This document shows, in pieces, positions 1 to 8,637 of a stretch of 64,000 bases of DNA (positions within the stretch are counted from its first letter, which is position 1; each line of letters begins with the position of its first letter). This DNA is from an uncultured Sediminibacterium sp. (GTDB lineage: Bacteria; Bacteroidota; Bacteroidia; Chitinophagales; Chitinophagaceae). The notes under the pieces were generated by a model. The model searched no databases. It was given only the letters and a program-made list of their open reading frames with translations, and was not told the origin of the DNA. The stretch lies in contig CBFGPM010000001.1 of the NCBI GenBank assembly GCA_965650685.1, positions 57,415 to 121,414 of the forward strand. Reading direction: 5' to 3'. The position numbers and the translations under genes are program-made.

Positions 1-385
1 AACTGCCTTTGAAAAACTCTGGCGCAACCGGGAAATGGTAGAGAACAGCAAATCGAAATCCTACCTGTTTACGGTGGCCTATAACCAGATGATCGACCAT
101 ATCCGGAAAGTAAAAAGGATACAGTTAAAAGATGAGTTCCAGGAAGACGGCAGATCGGAACAAGCTGGCAGCAATAAGCAAAATGTAAAGAAAATATTGA
201 TGGAGGCATTAAACAGACTGAATGAAACACAAAGAAGTCTGGTTATGCTGAAAGACTATGAAGGTTACAGCTACGAAGAAATTGGTAAGATCATGGATTT
301 GAATGAGAGTCAGGTAAAAGTTTATCTTCACCGTGCGCGACTCACCCTTCGTAACTACCTGGTTAGCCCGGAAAATGTTTTATAA
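1..385 (+). CDS. ECF-type RNA polymerase sigma-70 factor, 5' end cut by window edge
   Basis: The frame is open from nt 2 (TAFEKLWRNREMVENSKSKSYLFTVAYNQMIDHIRK, region-2 like). It ends in a region-4 HTH (YSYEEIGKIMDLNESQVKVYLHRAR). A membrane anti-sigma-like gene follows 17 nt downstream. Confidence 0.8.
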   Translation, partial: TAFEKLWRNREMVENSKSKSYLFTVAYNQMIDHIRKVKRIQLKDEFQEDGRSEQAGSNKQNVKKILMEALNRLNETQRSLVMLKDYEGYSYEEIGKIMDLNESQVKVYLHRARLTLRNYLVSPENVL

Positions 386-402
386 ATTTTATTGAATAAA
401 AA

Positions 403-1548
403 ATGATTCAAATCAACAGACATAACTACGAGGAATTTTTCCTGCTCTATGTAGACAGGGAACTCTCTCCTGCTGCAGTAACGGCTGTTGAACAGTTTAT
501 AAAAGACAATCCCGATCTGGCAGATGAGTTAACAGCGTTACAACAGACAACACTTCCATTAGATGATGCACTGGTATTTGATAAAACCAGTTTATTCAGG
601 AACGCCGAAAATGAAATAAGCTTAGAAAACAGTACAGAGCAGTTTTTGCTTTATGTGGATGATGAACTGACACCTGCCGAACGTCAATCAGTTGAAACAT
701 TTGTATTACAGCACCCTTCTTTGCAAGAAAGTTTTGTACAGTTAAAACAAACTAAGCTTCCGGCTGAACATATTCCTTTTCCGGATAAACAGCTTTTATA
801 TAAAACCGAATCCGATAGAAAGCCAGTTATTTATATGCGCTGGATGAGAATGGTGGCCGCGGCCGCTGTAATTGCTTTCGGATTCTTCCTCTGGGATTTT
901 AGTGGCAGTACTAATATTCAGGCTAATGGTGAAGAAGCTTTGGCCGCAATTCCGAAAAACAACAGTAATACCATTACAACCAATCCATCTGGTGAAGCAT
1001 CTGGTGAAATAATGAAAAGCCAAATAACTTCAACTGAAATAGCCAGTAAGCAAAATAATGATGTTATTGTGTCAGCGGCTACTTTACCAGTTAACAATGG
1101 CATCCAAATTGCACCAAAAGACTTACAGGCAAATAATACAAAACTTGTAGGCACTATTCAACCTGATGTAGACTTGAGAACCAAACCTGAACTGATCATT
1201 GAAAAACAAAATACCATTTCATCAGATGATATAGTGAAACCAAGCATCAACACAAAAAACCTGCAGGAAATGGTTGCCAATGCTGCAATTACAGAACGCG
1301 AAATGATGAAAATTGCTGCACCAGAATTAGAAGAACCCATGGATAAAGAAGTATTAGCACAGCAGGTGGTTTACAGAGAACTCGATACTGAAACAGATAG
1401 TAATAACAAAAGTTTGCTCATTGGTTCAGTTGAAATAAATAAGGATAAACTAAGAGGCTTTTTCCGCAAAGCAGCCAGTATTTTTAAAAGTAAAAAATCG
1501 GAAGAGGCCCAAACTTCAGGCTCAAATCCTACCCGATCGTTAAAATAA
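403..1548 (+). CDS. putative membrane anti-sigma factor with a tandemly duplicated N-terminal module
   Basis: It lies directly after the ECF sigma gene. Two similar ~50-aa modules are present (EEFFLLYVDRELSPAAVTAVEQFIKDNPDLADEL and EQFLLYVDDELTPAERQSVETFVLQHPSLQESF). One TM segment (MVAAAAVIAFGFFLW) is followed by a low-complexity tail. Confidence 0.5.
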   Translation: MIQINRHNYEEFFLLYVDRELSPAAVTAVEQFIKDNPDLADELTALQQTTLPLDDALVFDKTSLFRNAENEISLENSTEQFLLYVDDELTPAERQSVETFVLQHPSLQESFVQLKQTKLPAEHIPFPDKQLLYKTESDRKPVIYMRWMRMVAAAAVIAFGFFLWDFSGSTNIQANGEEALAAIPKNNSNTITTNPSGEASGEIMKSQITSTEIASKQNNDVIVSAATLPVNNGIQIAPKDLQANNTKLVGTIQPDVDLRTKPELIIEKQNTISSDDIVKPSINTKNLQEMVANAAITEREMMKIAAPELEEPMDKEVLAQQVVYRELDTETDSNNKSLLIGSVEINKDKLRGFFRKAASIFKSKKSEEAQTSGSNPTRSLK

Positions 1549-1567
1549 AAGAGTAAAGCACAATCAT

Positions 1568-2452
1568 ATGAAACGTTTAGCAATTGTAACAGCAGCGTTC
1601 CTGTTATCAGCACCGCTGTTTGCCCAAACCGACAGTACCGGTAGTAATGAAGACACCGTGAAAGTGGGCAATTTTATTATCATCAAGAAGAACAAAGACG
1701 GCAACACCAATTCCAGCACAGATAAAAAAGGAATCTGGAAAGATTGGGACAGAAATTTTGATATCCGTATCGAACGCAGAAGCAGAACCAACAGAAATGT
1801 AAGCACCAATTGGTGGATCATGGACCTTGGCTTTACAAATTTCCGTGATCAAACAGACTACAGCTATGCGCAGGCAGGCAGCTATTTCAGAACTTTCCGT
1901 CCGGCAGATGGTGCCGTTAACCAGAATAGTTTTAAACTAAATACGGGCAAATCAACCAACGTGAATATCTGGTTCTTCATGCAAAAAGTAAATGTTTTGA
2001 AGCATGTTGTAAACCTGAAATATGGACTGGGTTTAGAGATGTACAATTTCCGGTACGATTCGCGCCTCAGTTACCGTAAAGATGCCAATCCGTATGTTTA
2101 CAATGACTCCATTTCATTCTCCAAGAATAAATTATACGCTGGTTACTTAACCGTACCCTTCATGATCAATATCAATACTTCACCGAATAACAGAAGAGGA
2201 TTTAGTTTCAGCGCTGGTATGAGTGCCGGTTACCTCATCAGTAGCAGAAACAAACAAAAAAGCAGCGAGCGCGGAAAACAAAAATCACCGGGCGACTTTA
2301 ACCTCGAACCATTTCGTGTAGCAGCTATTGGTGAAGTAGGATTAGGCCCAGTACGCCTCTATGGAAGTTATAGTATCAACAAATTACACAAAGACATCAC
2401 CAGACTTGAGCAGTTCCCTTATGCGGTTGGTATCAGGTTTAGTAGATGGTGA
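1568..2452 (+). CDS. secreted outer-membrane beta-barrel protein (porin-like)
   Basis: It has a signal peptide (MKRLAIVTAAFLLSAPLFAQ), an alternating beta-strand pattern and a C-terminal aromatic residue (FSRW). Confidence 0.5.
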   Translation: MKRLAIVTAAFLLSAPLFAQTDSTGSNEDTVKVGNFIIIKKNKDGNTNSSTDKKGIWKDWDRNFDIRIERRSRTNRNVSTNWWIMDLGFTNFRDQTDYSYAQAGSYFRTFRPADGAVNQNSFKLNTGKSTNVNIWFFMQKVNVLKHVVNLKYGLGLEMYNFRYDSRLSYRKDANPYVYNDSISFSKNKLYAGYLTVPFMININTSPNNRRGFSFSAGMSAGYLISSRNKQKSSERGKQKSPGDFNLEPFRVAAIGEVGLGPVRLYGSYSINKLHKDITRLEQFPYAVGIRFSRW

Positions 2453-2464
2453 GTTTGAATCGAT

Positions 2465-2815
2465 AGCTTCTGGCTGCAAGCTGCAAGCTACAAGCCTTGA
2501 TGGGTGCTTATTATAGACTTTCTGCTATTAATGGAATAATAGAGGGGAGAAAATTTAAAGGCAGTTCCTTAAAGATATATTTGGTTACCGCAAATGCACT
2601 AGCTATTATTAATAGAACACGGATTTTCATGATTTTCAAGATATATCATGATAAATCATGAAAATCATGAAGATCTGTGTTCCATCATACGCGACACCTA
2701 CAGCTTGCGGTTAAAAATTGATAAGGCATAGAATTAGGGGATTTAATCTCTTCCAATTCTATGCCTTATTTCTTTAGAATGATTTCTATACCTCCAACTC
2801 AAGCAGCCAGAAGCT
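2465..2815 (+). repeat. family A mosaic intergenic element, copy 1
   Basis: A 13-bp perfect inverted repeat bounds it: AGCTTCTGGCTGC at 2465-2477 and GCAGCCAGAAGCT at 2803-2815. Left arm is 7-nt words GCTGCAA GCTGCAA GCTACAA. Conserved core lies at 2495-2532 and a 24-bp hairpin at 2615-2638/2659-2682. It is roughly 85 percent identical by eye to copy 4 at 37.6 kb. Confidence 0.85.
2721..2769 (+). terminator. terminator-like hairpin inside copy 1
   Basis: ATAAGGCATAGAATT (2721-2735) pairs perfectly with AATTCTATGCCTTAT (2755-2769). The loop is 19 nt and a T-rich stretch TTCTTT follows. Confidence 0.4.
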
Positions 2816-2949
2816 AGCGGCTAGTAGCTCAAAGCAACATCTCGTTAACATAAAATACATTAACCAAAACTTTTGTCAATTAACCAGGATACAACACTTC
2901 CTGATGCAGCGGAATTCTAGTTTCGGGTTCAAACCAAAAACCTATTTGT

Positions 2950-3492
2950 ATGAAACCCCTTATCTATGCGCCCTGCCTCCTCGCTATTTTAATTGGTGGT
3001 ACATCTTTCAGAAGCACACATCGACTCGTAACATCAAACGCTACTAAAAACACGTATTACATCCTGGTAGTAAAAACAAAGTACCAGATGAAAGTGTACG
3101 ATTCAACCGGAGAATGTCTTGCAACCTACCCTGTTGTTTTTGGCAACAAAGACATGGGAGATAAAATGATGCAGGGCGACCGTCGTACACCCGAGGGAAC
3201 ATTTAAAATCTGTTATAAAAGAAAGCACGAAAAATGGAGCCGATTTTTATTGATCGATTATCCCAATGCGGAAAGTGTGGCAAAATTTAACCAGCGCAAG
3301 GCAGCCGGCATCATTCCCGCCAACGCTCAAATTGGCGGAAGCATTGGCATACATGGAACTTGGCCCAATGAAGATTTCGCAGTAGATGGCTTACAGAATT
3401 GGACAGAAGGTTGCATCAGCACCAAAAACATATACGTAGAAGAAATTTTCGATGTACTGCCTGTCGGTACGAGAATAGAAATCAGAAGGTGA
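2950..3492 (+). CDS. L,D-transpeptidase (YkuD domain) family protein
   Basis: It has an N-terminal hydrophobic signal and the YkuD catalytic motif IGIHGT...TEGCIS. Confidence 0.75.
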   Translation: MKPLIYAPCLLAILIGGTSFRSTHRLVTSNATKNTYYILVVKTKYQMKVYDSTGECLATYPVVFGNKDMGDKMMQGDRRTPEGTFKICYKRKHEKWSRFLLIDYPNAESVAKFNQRKAAGIIPANAQIGGSIGIHGTWPNEDFAVDGLQNWTEGCISTKNIYVEEIFDVLPVGTRIEIRR

Positions 3493-3558
3493 GTCCATAG
3501 ACCATAGACCATAGACCATGGACTATGGACTATGGTCTATGGACTATGGTCTATGGAC
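3493..3558. repeat. 7-nt word hairpin (CCATAGA / TCTATGG family)
   Basis: GTCCATAGACCATAGACCATAGACCATGGACTATGGACTATGGTCTATGGACTATGGTCTATGGAC starts 1 nt after the TGA stop. The left and right halves are imperfect reverse complements. Confidence 0.85.
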
Positions 3559-3643
3559 TATATTCTACCAGCCAACCTTCCCCAGAAAGCAACTAATACA
3601 ATAAGCAATCATTTGCTTAACTTAAGCAACCAAAACAACGCTT

Positions 3644-4777
3644 ATGCATCCAAACAGATTGGCTATTGTAGCCTGCTTATGCTTTTGTTTATTCAATAAT
3701 ATCAAGGCACAGACAGGAAAATTCTCTGATGATTTTTCATCAAACAAAGGATGGAAATTCAGCAATGAACAAGATGCCGATTCTGCAGAAATGATTTTTA
3801 CAGATGGTAGTCTGATCGTAAAAAATAAATACAAGCAAAACAGACGGGTAATTATTGAATACACCCCAACAGGATCATCAGTAGATTTTCGCAATGATGA
3901 TGAATGGGACTGCACCGTAAAACTCAGGCATATTGCTGGTCCGAATAATATGGAATATGGTGTTTGTCTTGGAGGAGTGCAAGGAAAAAAAATGGAAGAT
4001 GGGCTCAATATTGGCGTAAGCGGAAATGGTTATTATAAATTGAGTTCATGGAGCAATAAAAGGATGCAGGAAATAAAACCCTGGACCAGGTACTCCCTTA
4101 TGAAAACCAATGAAGGCGAGGTAAACGAATTGAATATTATTTGCAGGCCTTACAGTAATTTATACCTGCGTATTAACAACGGATGGGCATTCCTTGGTAA
4201 AAAAGGGTACCAGGGACAAAATTCCTTTTTTATTTATGTAGACGGCGGACAAACCATTGCAATTGATGATCTTACGGTATTCAGTTTTAAAAGCCTCTCA
4301 AATAAACTACAAAAGCATAATATTGTAGATTTCATAAACGTTTGCCAGCAGGCAGTAAATAATTTCGCCTTCGCAAAAGGGTTTGAGTCGCAGGGAAACT
4401 TTAAAACCTGGTTGGCCCCTATTACCATCAGTAACCGGGAATACCTGATTCAGTCGAAAAAAGGAGGCATTTTTCCTGAGAACGTAAAAGACACCAGCAG
4501 CAAGAGATATATCTATACCATACCACAGTATTATTCAGATAACCAGTTAAACTTTCTGGAAGATGAAAAAAAGAAGCTGACGGGAATTATTGAAAATGGT
4601 ATGGATAAATTTGAAAAAAAGGAGCTGTTGGCTCAGGGTAAAAAAACCACCTGGTATTTTTATAAGGGTGAAAAACTACCCGATCATACCATTGCATGGA
4701 TTGAAGAATACAAAGAAGGCGAGAAAAACTACCTGGTGGTAAATGTTATAAATGCACCAGATATTGCTTTTTTTTGA
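3644..4777 (+). CDS. secreted hypothetical protein
   Basis: Long ORF with a signal peptide (LAIVACLCFCLFNNIKAQ). I recognised no catalytic motif. Confidence 0.5.
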   Translation: MHPNRLAIVACLCFCLFNNIKAQTGKFSDDFSSNKGWKFSNEQDADSAEMIFTDGSLIVKNKYKQNRRVIIEYTPTGSSVDFRNDDEWDCTVKLRHIAGPNNMEYGVCLGGVQGKKMEDGLNIGVSGNGYYKLSSWSNKRMQEIKPWTRYSLMKTNEGEVNELNIICRPYSNLYLRINNGWAFLGKKGYQGQNSFFIYVDGGQTIAIDDLTVFSFKSLSNKLQKHNIVDFINVCQQAVNNFAFAKGFESQGNFKTWLAPITISNREYLIQSKKGGIFPENVKDTSSKRYIYTIPQYYSDNQLNFLEDEKKKLTGIIENGMDKFEKKELLAQGKKTTWYFYKGEKLPDHTIAWIEEYKEGEKNYLVVNVINAPDIAFF

Positions 4778-4787
4778 GAAAATTAGG

Positions 4788-5738
4788 TTATTTATTTAGA
4801 AAATAACTCATTACAGAGGTCCATTTTCCCCTTTCTCGCTTAAAAAGGCTTTCGTGTCCGCTTTGCAGGTATTTGATCATAACCTTATCATGACTGGCAA
4901 TATTGCCGAAAATGGTGTTGGTTTCATCTTCGGTTACCCGCTTATCTCCTGCCCCCCATTGTAACAACACCGGACAATTTACTTTAAGGGCATAATTAGC
5001 AGGTTTATGGTTAAAGGCCCAGGAGCCGAGTTCTATTCCACCCCAAAAAGTTAAAAGGGTACTTAATGGCTCAGCAGGCAAACCCATGGTTTTCATACGG
5101 CCCTGTACCGCACTATGTAAAGAGCCAAAAGGCATTTCAAGGATAAGCTTATCTGGTTTAATCCCAAATTCATCAATTGCTTTTAAAGCAGTTGCTGCTC
5201 CCATGGAAATACCCCAGATAATGATATTTTTCTCTCCTTTAGATTTTATATAATCGTAGACCGCTTTAACATCTTTCGATTCATAAATACCGATTGAAGT
5301 AGTATTACCCTCACTATTTCCATGCGCCCTGAAATCGGTTAGCATTACCTGGTAACCCATTTCATATAATTTTCTGGCTTCCGCTATGATACCGCTTTTA
5401 CTGCCTGCATGCCCATGAAACATCAGAATGGTGCCTTTTGCTGAATCTTTCGGAGCAAACCAGCTTTCGAGCCGAACACTATCAATTGTTTTAAGTAATA
5501 CAGTATCATGTGGAATGCCTAGTGTGTCAACCACTTTACTTTTAGGATAACGTATACCAAATACGATGGCCTTAAGTTTTTCGCCCCCACTCATCTGTTC
5601 CGGTTTTTTTACCGGCGATGCATCAGTATAAAAATGGGTAAACTTATATGCATGAAATGCGGCAATCAGATTAATGAGTAATAATAATACCAATAAGGTA
5701 TAACCAACTCTTTTGAGCCATTTAGTTAGCATAACCAC
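4788..5738 (-). CDS. alpha/beta hydrolase with N-terminal membrane anchor
   Basis: It has a TM helix (TLLVLLLLINLIAAF), an HGHAGSKS oxyanion region and the nucleophile elbow GISMG. Confidence 0.75.
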   Translation of the reverse strand: MVMLTKWLKRVGYTLLVLLLLINLIAAFHAYKFTHFYTDASPVKKPEQMSGGEKLKAIVFGIRYPKSKVVDTLGIPHDTVLLKTIDSVRLESWFAPKDSAKGTILMFHGHAGSKSGIIAEARKLYEMGYQVMLTDFRAHGNSEGNTTSIGIYESKDVKAVYDYIKSKGEKNIIIWGISMGAATALKAIDEFGIKPDKLILEMPFGSLHSAVQGRMKTMGLPAEPLSTLLTFWGGIELGSWAFNHKPANYALKVNCPVLLQWGAGDKRVTEDETNTIFGNIASHDKVMIKYLQSGHESLFKRERGKWTSVMSYFLNK

Positions 5739-5749
5739 TATTTATATGA

Positions 5750-7021
5750 TCAGTTGATCAGAGCTGATCCGAAATAAGATACTAAGGCCTTGGGAACACG
5801 GATACCTTCAACTGACTGATGATTTTCCAATAAACAAGCCACTATTCTTGGTAAAGCCAGTGAGCTTCCATTAAGGGAATGGGCCAGTTGCATTTTTCCA
5901 CTGGCATCTTTATACCGGCATTTTAAACGGTTAGTCTGATAGTTTTCGAAATTACTTACGCTACTTACTTCTAACCAACGTTCCTGTGCAGCACTAAAAA
6001 CTTCGAAATCATAAGTAATTGCACTTGCAAAACCCATATCTCCACCGCATAATCTTAAAATACGATAAGGCAATTCTAATGTTTGTAATAACTTCTCAAC
6101 ATGTAGTACCATTTCTTCAAGTGCAGCATGACTCTTTTCTGGTTCTACAAGCTGGATTATTTCAACTTTCTCAAATTGATGTAAACGATTCAACCCTCTC
6201 ACATCTTTTCCATAACTACCCGCTTCTCTTCTAAAGCAGGGAGAATAGGCCGTCATTTTCACGGGAAAATCTTCTTCCTTTAAAATAACATCGCGGTAAA
6301 CATTGGTAACCGGAACTTCTGCGGTAGGAATCATATAAAAATCGTCTTCCGGCATATAATACATCTGTCCTTCTTTATCAGGCAATTGACCCGTACCCAT
6401 TGCTGAGGCCGCATTTACCATAAATGGAGGCAGGTATTCTGTATAACCTGCTGCAGTATTATAATCGAGGAAATACTGTATTAAGGCACGTTGCAATTTT
6501 GCACCCTTACCTATATATACGGGGAAGCCACTGCCAGTAATTTTATTACCCAGTTCAAAATCGATCAGGTTATATTTTTTGGTAAGGTCCCAGTGAGGTT
6601 GTGCCCCTTCAAACAAAGCAGGTTTTTCACCACCTTCCCTTACAACGATATTTTCTTCCGGACTGCGTCCTTCAGGAACTTCAGCCGTAGGCAAGTTGGG
6701 TAATTGAAGGAGTGTATCGAGCAGGGTTTGCTCAATAGTAGCCATTTGAGATTTTATGGGTTCAAGGTTGGTTTTCAACCCGGCCACTTCTGCTTTGAGC
6801 GCTTCGGCTGCATCTTTATTTCCCTGGGCCATCAGTTTCCCGATTTCTTTGGAAGCAGCATTAATCTTAGCCTGTGTATTATCGAAATCGAGTTGTAATT
6901 TCTTGCGCTCATCATCTAACCCAATAATGGTATCTACCAATTCAGGTTGCTTAAAATGCTTTACTGCCAGTCTTTTTTTAACTTCTTCCGGGTTCGCCTT
7001 CAGAACACTCACTTGTAACAT
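5750..7021 (-). CDS. serS: seryl-tRNA synthetase
   Basis: 423 aa with an N-terminal coiled-coil arm and a class II core (GSGFPVY, TAEVP, FRREAGS). Confidence 0.95.
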   Translation of the reverse strand: MLQVSVLKANPEEVKKRLAVKHFKQPELVDTIIGLDDERKKLQLDFDNTQAKINAASKEIGKLMAQGNKDAAEALKAEVAGLKTNLEPIKSQMATIEQTLLDTLLQLPNLPTAEVPEGRSPEENIVVREGGEKPALFEGAQPHWDLTKKYNLIDFELGNKITGSGFPVYIGKGAKLQRALIQYFLDYNTAAGYTEYLPPFMVNAASAMGTGQLPDKEGQMYYMPEDDFYMIPTAEVPVTNVYRDVILKEEDFPVKMTAYSPCFRREAGSYGKDVRGLNRLHQFEKVEIIQLVEPEKSHAALEEMVLHVEKLLQTLELPYRILRLCGGDMGFASAITYDFEVFSAAQERWLEVSSVSNFENYQTNRLKCRYKDASGKMQLAHSLNGSSLALPRIVACLLENHQSVEGIRVPKALVSYFGSALIN

Positions 7022-7037
7022 AGAGATCTATTTGCAG

Positions 7038-7045
7038 CAAAGATA
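7038..7045 (-). promoter_or_regulatory. Bacteroidota -7 promoter box TATCTTTG for serS
   Basis: Exact TAnnTTTG match on the minus strand, 16 nt upstream of the serS ATG. Confidence 0.4.
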
Positions 7046-7081
7046 AAGGCTAAAGGCTGATGAAGAAAGGCTTTGAGCCTA

Positions 7082-7089
7082 TACCTTTG
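7082..7089 (+). promoter_or_regulatory. -7 promoter box TACCTTTG, 4 nt before ATG 7094
   Basis: Exact TAnnTTTG match followed by CAGC and then ATG. This predicts a leaderless transcript. Confidence 0.4.
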
Positions 7090-7093
7090 CAGC

Positions 7094-7447
7094 ATGCAAT
7101 ATATAAGTGATGATCTCCAACAACGTTGGTGGGCTTTAGAGGCAGAACTGGTAGATCGTTTTGGTAAAAAACCTGATCTGGAAGCAGTTTTATTTTTAAT
7201 TGGCATGCAGGAAACCGGTTTTATCCGTGAAAAAATCACTAAGGAGCAGAAACAGGATCTTATGCATGTAGCAGTATGCACTGTTTTGGCACAAAGTGGT
7301 TATTATATATTAGAAGGAAACGATGCCGATGGATGGCCCCATTTTAAACAGGTAAAGGAATTACCTCCGATGCCATTACCGGAACAGGAGAATTTTATTA
7401 AGGACCATGTTTTGTTGTATTTCCAGTCTATGGATCATAAACCATAG
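7094..7447 (+). CDS. conserved hypothetical protein
   Basis: ORF trimmed to Met 8 of the track ORF because the promoter box lies inside the 7073 extension. The last codons and the stop lie within the heptamer repeat. Confidence 0.55.
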   Translation: MQYISDDLQQRWWALEAELVDRFGKKPDLEAVLFLIGMQETGFIREKITKEQKQDLMHVAVCTVLAQSGYYILEGNDADGWPHFKQVKELPPMPLPEQENFIKDHVLLYFQSMDHKP

Positions 7448-7530
7448 ACCATAGACCATAGTCCATGGACAATAGACCATTGACAATAGAACATGGAACA
7501 TAGGCAATAAACCATGGACCATGGACTATA
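7441..7530. repeat. degenerate direct 7-nt tandem tract (CCATAGA family)
   Basis: ACCATAGACCATAGACCATAGTCCATGGACAATAGACCATTGACAATAGAACATGGAACATAGGCAATAAACCATGGACCATGGAC. About 12 units are present. They are mostly direct repeats rather than inverted. Confidence 0.8.
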
Positions 7531-7636
7531 TCAGGAATAAATTTTCCATGTTCGGGAATTAATCAATATTTGCATCAGCAAAATCCATGGTTCATACATT
7601 CAGCATCATGGACTCAACACTTTAAAAAAAACGTAT

Positions 7637-8014
7637 ATGAACTTTCCAGCCGAATTACGCTACACCAAAGACCACGAATGGATTAAACTTGATGGCAATA
7701 CTGCTACTATTGGTATCACCGATTTTGCTCAGCATGAGCTGGGAGATATCGTTTATGTAGATATCAGTACAACCGGCAAAAGTTTGGCCGCAGAAGAGGT
7801 TTTTGGAACAGTAGAAGCCGTAAAAACAGTAAGTGACCTGTTTTTACCTGTAGCAGGTACCATTCTTGAGGTAAATAGTCTGCTCGAAAAACAGCCCGAA
7901 CTGGTAAATACTGATCCGTATGGAGATGGCTGGATGGTAAAAATGACTGTTAACAACGTGGCCGATGTAGAAGCACTGATGAACAGTGAAGCTTATGCTT
8001 CCCTCGTAGGATAA
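7637..8014 (+). CDS. gcvH: glycine cleavage system protein H
   Basis: 125 aa with the lipoyl-lysine motif VEAVKTVSD and the typical N-terminus YTKDHEWI. Confidence 0.95.
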   Translation: MNFPAELRYTKDHEWIKLDGNTATIGITDFAQHELGDIVYVDISTTGKSLAAEEVFGTVEAVKTVSDLFLPVAGTILEVNSLLEKQPELVNTDPYGDGWMVKMTVNNVADVEALMNSEAYASLVG

Positions 8015-8088
8015 GTTTTTTTAAAACCATCCGAACTATTTCCCCGTATATGGGTTTACCAACCTTATACAAAACACATTAACCGCTT

Positions 8089-8637
8089 TTGGAAGTATCC
8101 AAAAAATACAGTGAATCTGAACTTATACACCTGCTGCAACAACGTGGGCAGCAGGTATATAATTATCTGTATGATAATTATTCGGGGGCTCTTTTATCCA
8201 TTATCTATAATATTGTTAAGGATCAGGAACTGTCGAACGATGTTTTACAGGATGTATTTGTAAAAATCTGGCGACAAATTGATACTTATGATAGTACCAA
8301 AGGCAGGTTATTTACCTGGATGCTGAATATTGCACGGAATACGGCCATTGATACTGTACGAAGTAAGGGCTTTCAGAATAGCCAGAAAAACCGTGAATTA
8401 ACTGAAAGCGTATATGTTTCAGTAGGTACATCTGAAATACAAACCGACCAGATTGGATTGAAAAAACTGGTTTACCAGTTAAAGGAAGATCATCGTGTGC
8501 TGATAGACCTGTCTTACTTTCAGGGATTCACCCAGGATGAAATTTCAAAAATGATGAATATTCCGCTGGGCACTGTAAAAACCAGGCTTAGAACGGCATT
8601 AATTCAGCTTAGAACTATTATGCAACCCAATAAATGA
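8089..8637 (+). CDS. ECF-type RNA polymerase sigma factor
   Basis: Region 2 (DVLQDVFVKIWRQI) and region 4 (GFTQDEISKMMNIPLGTVKTRLRTA) are present. The TTG start is uncertain. It overlaps the anti-sigma gene by 4 nt. Confidence 0.8.
   Translation: MEVSKKYSESELIHLLQQRGQQVYNYLYDNYSGALLSIIYNIVKDQELSNDVLQDVFVKIWRQIDTYDSTKGRLFTWMLNIARNTAIDTVRSKGFQNSQKNRELTESVYVSVGTSEIQTDQIGLKKLVYQLKEDHRVLIDLSYFQGFTQDEISKMMNIPLGTVKTRLRTALIQLRTIMQPNK

Noticed and set aside
7441-7530. Possible CRISPR array or similar, also considered for 24608-24665
   Set aside because: The period is only 7 nt, there are no unique spacers and no cas genes. These are simple degenerate tandem repeats.
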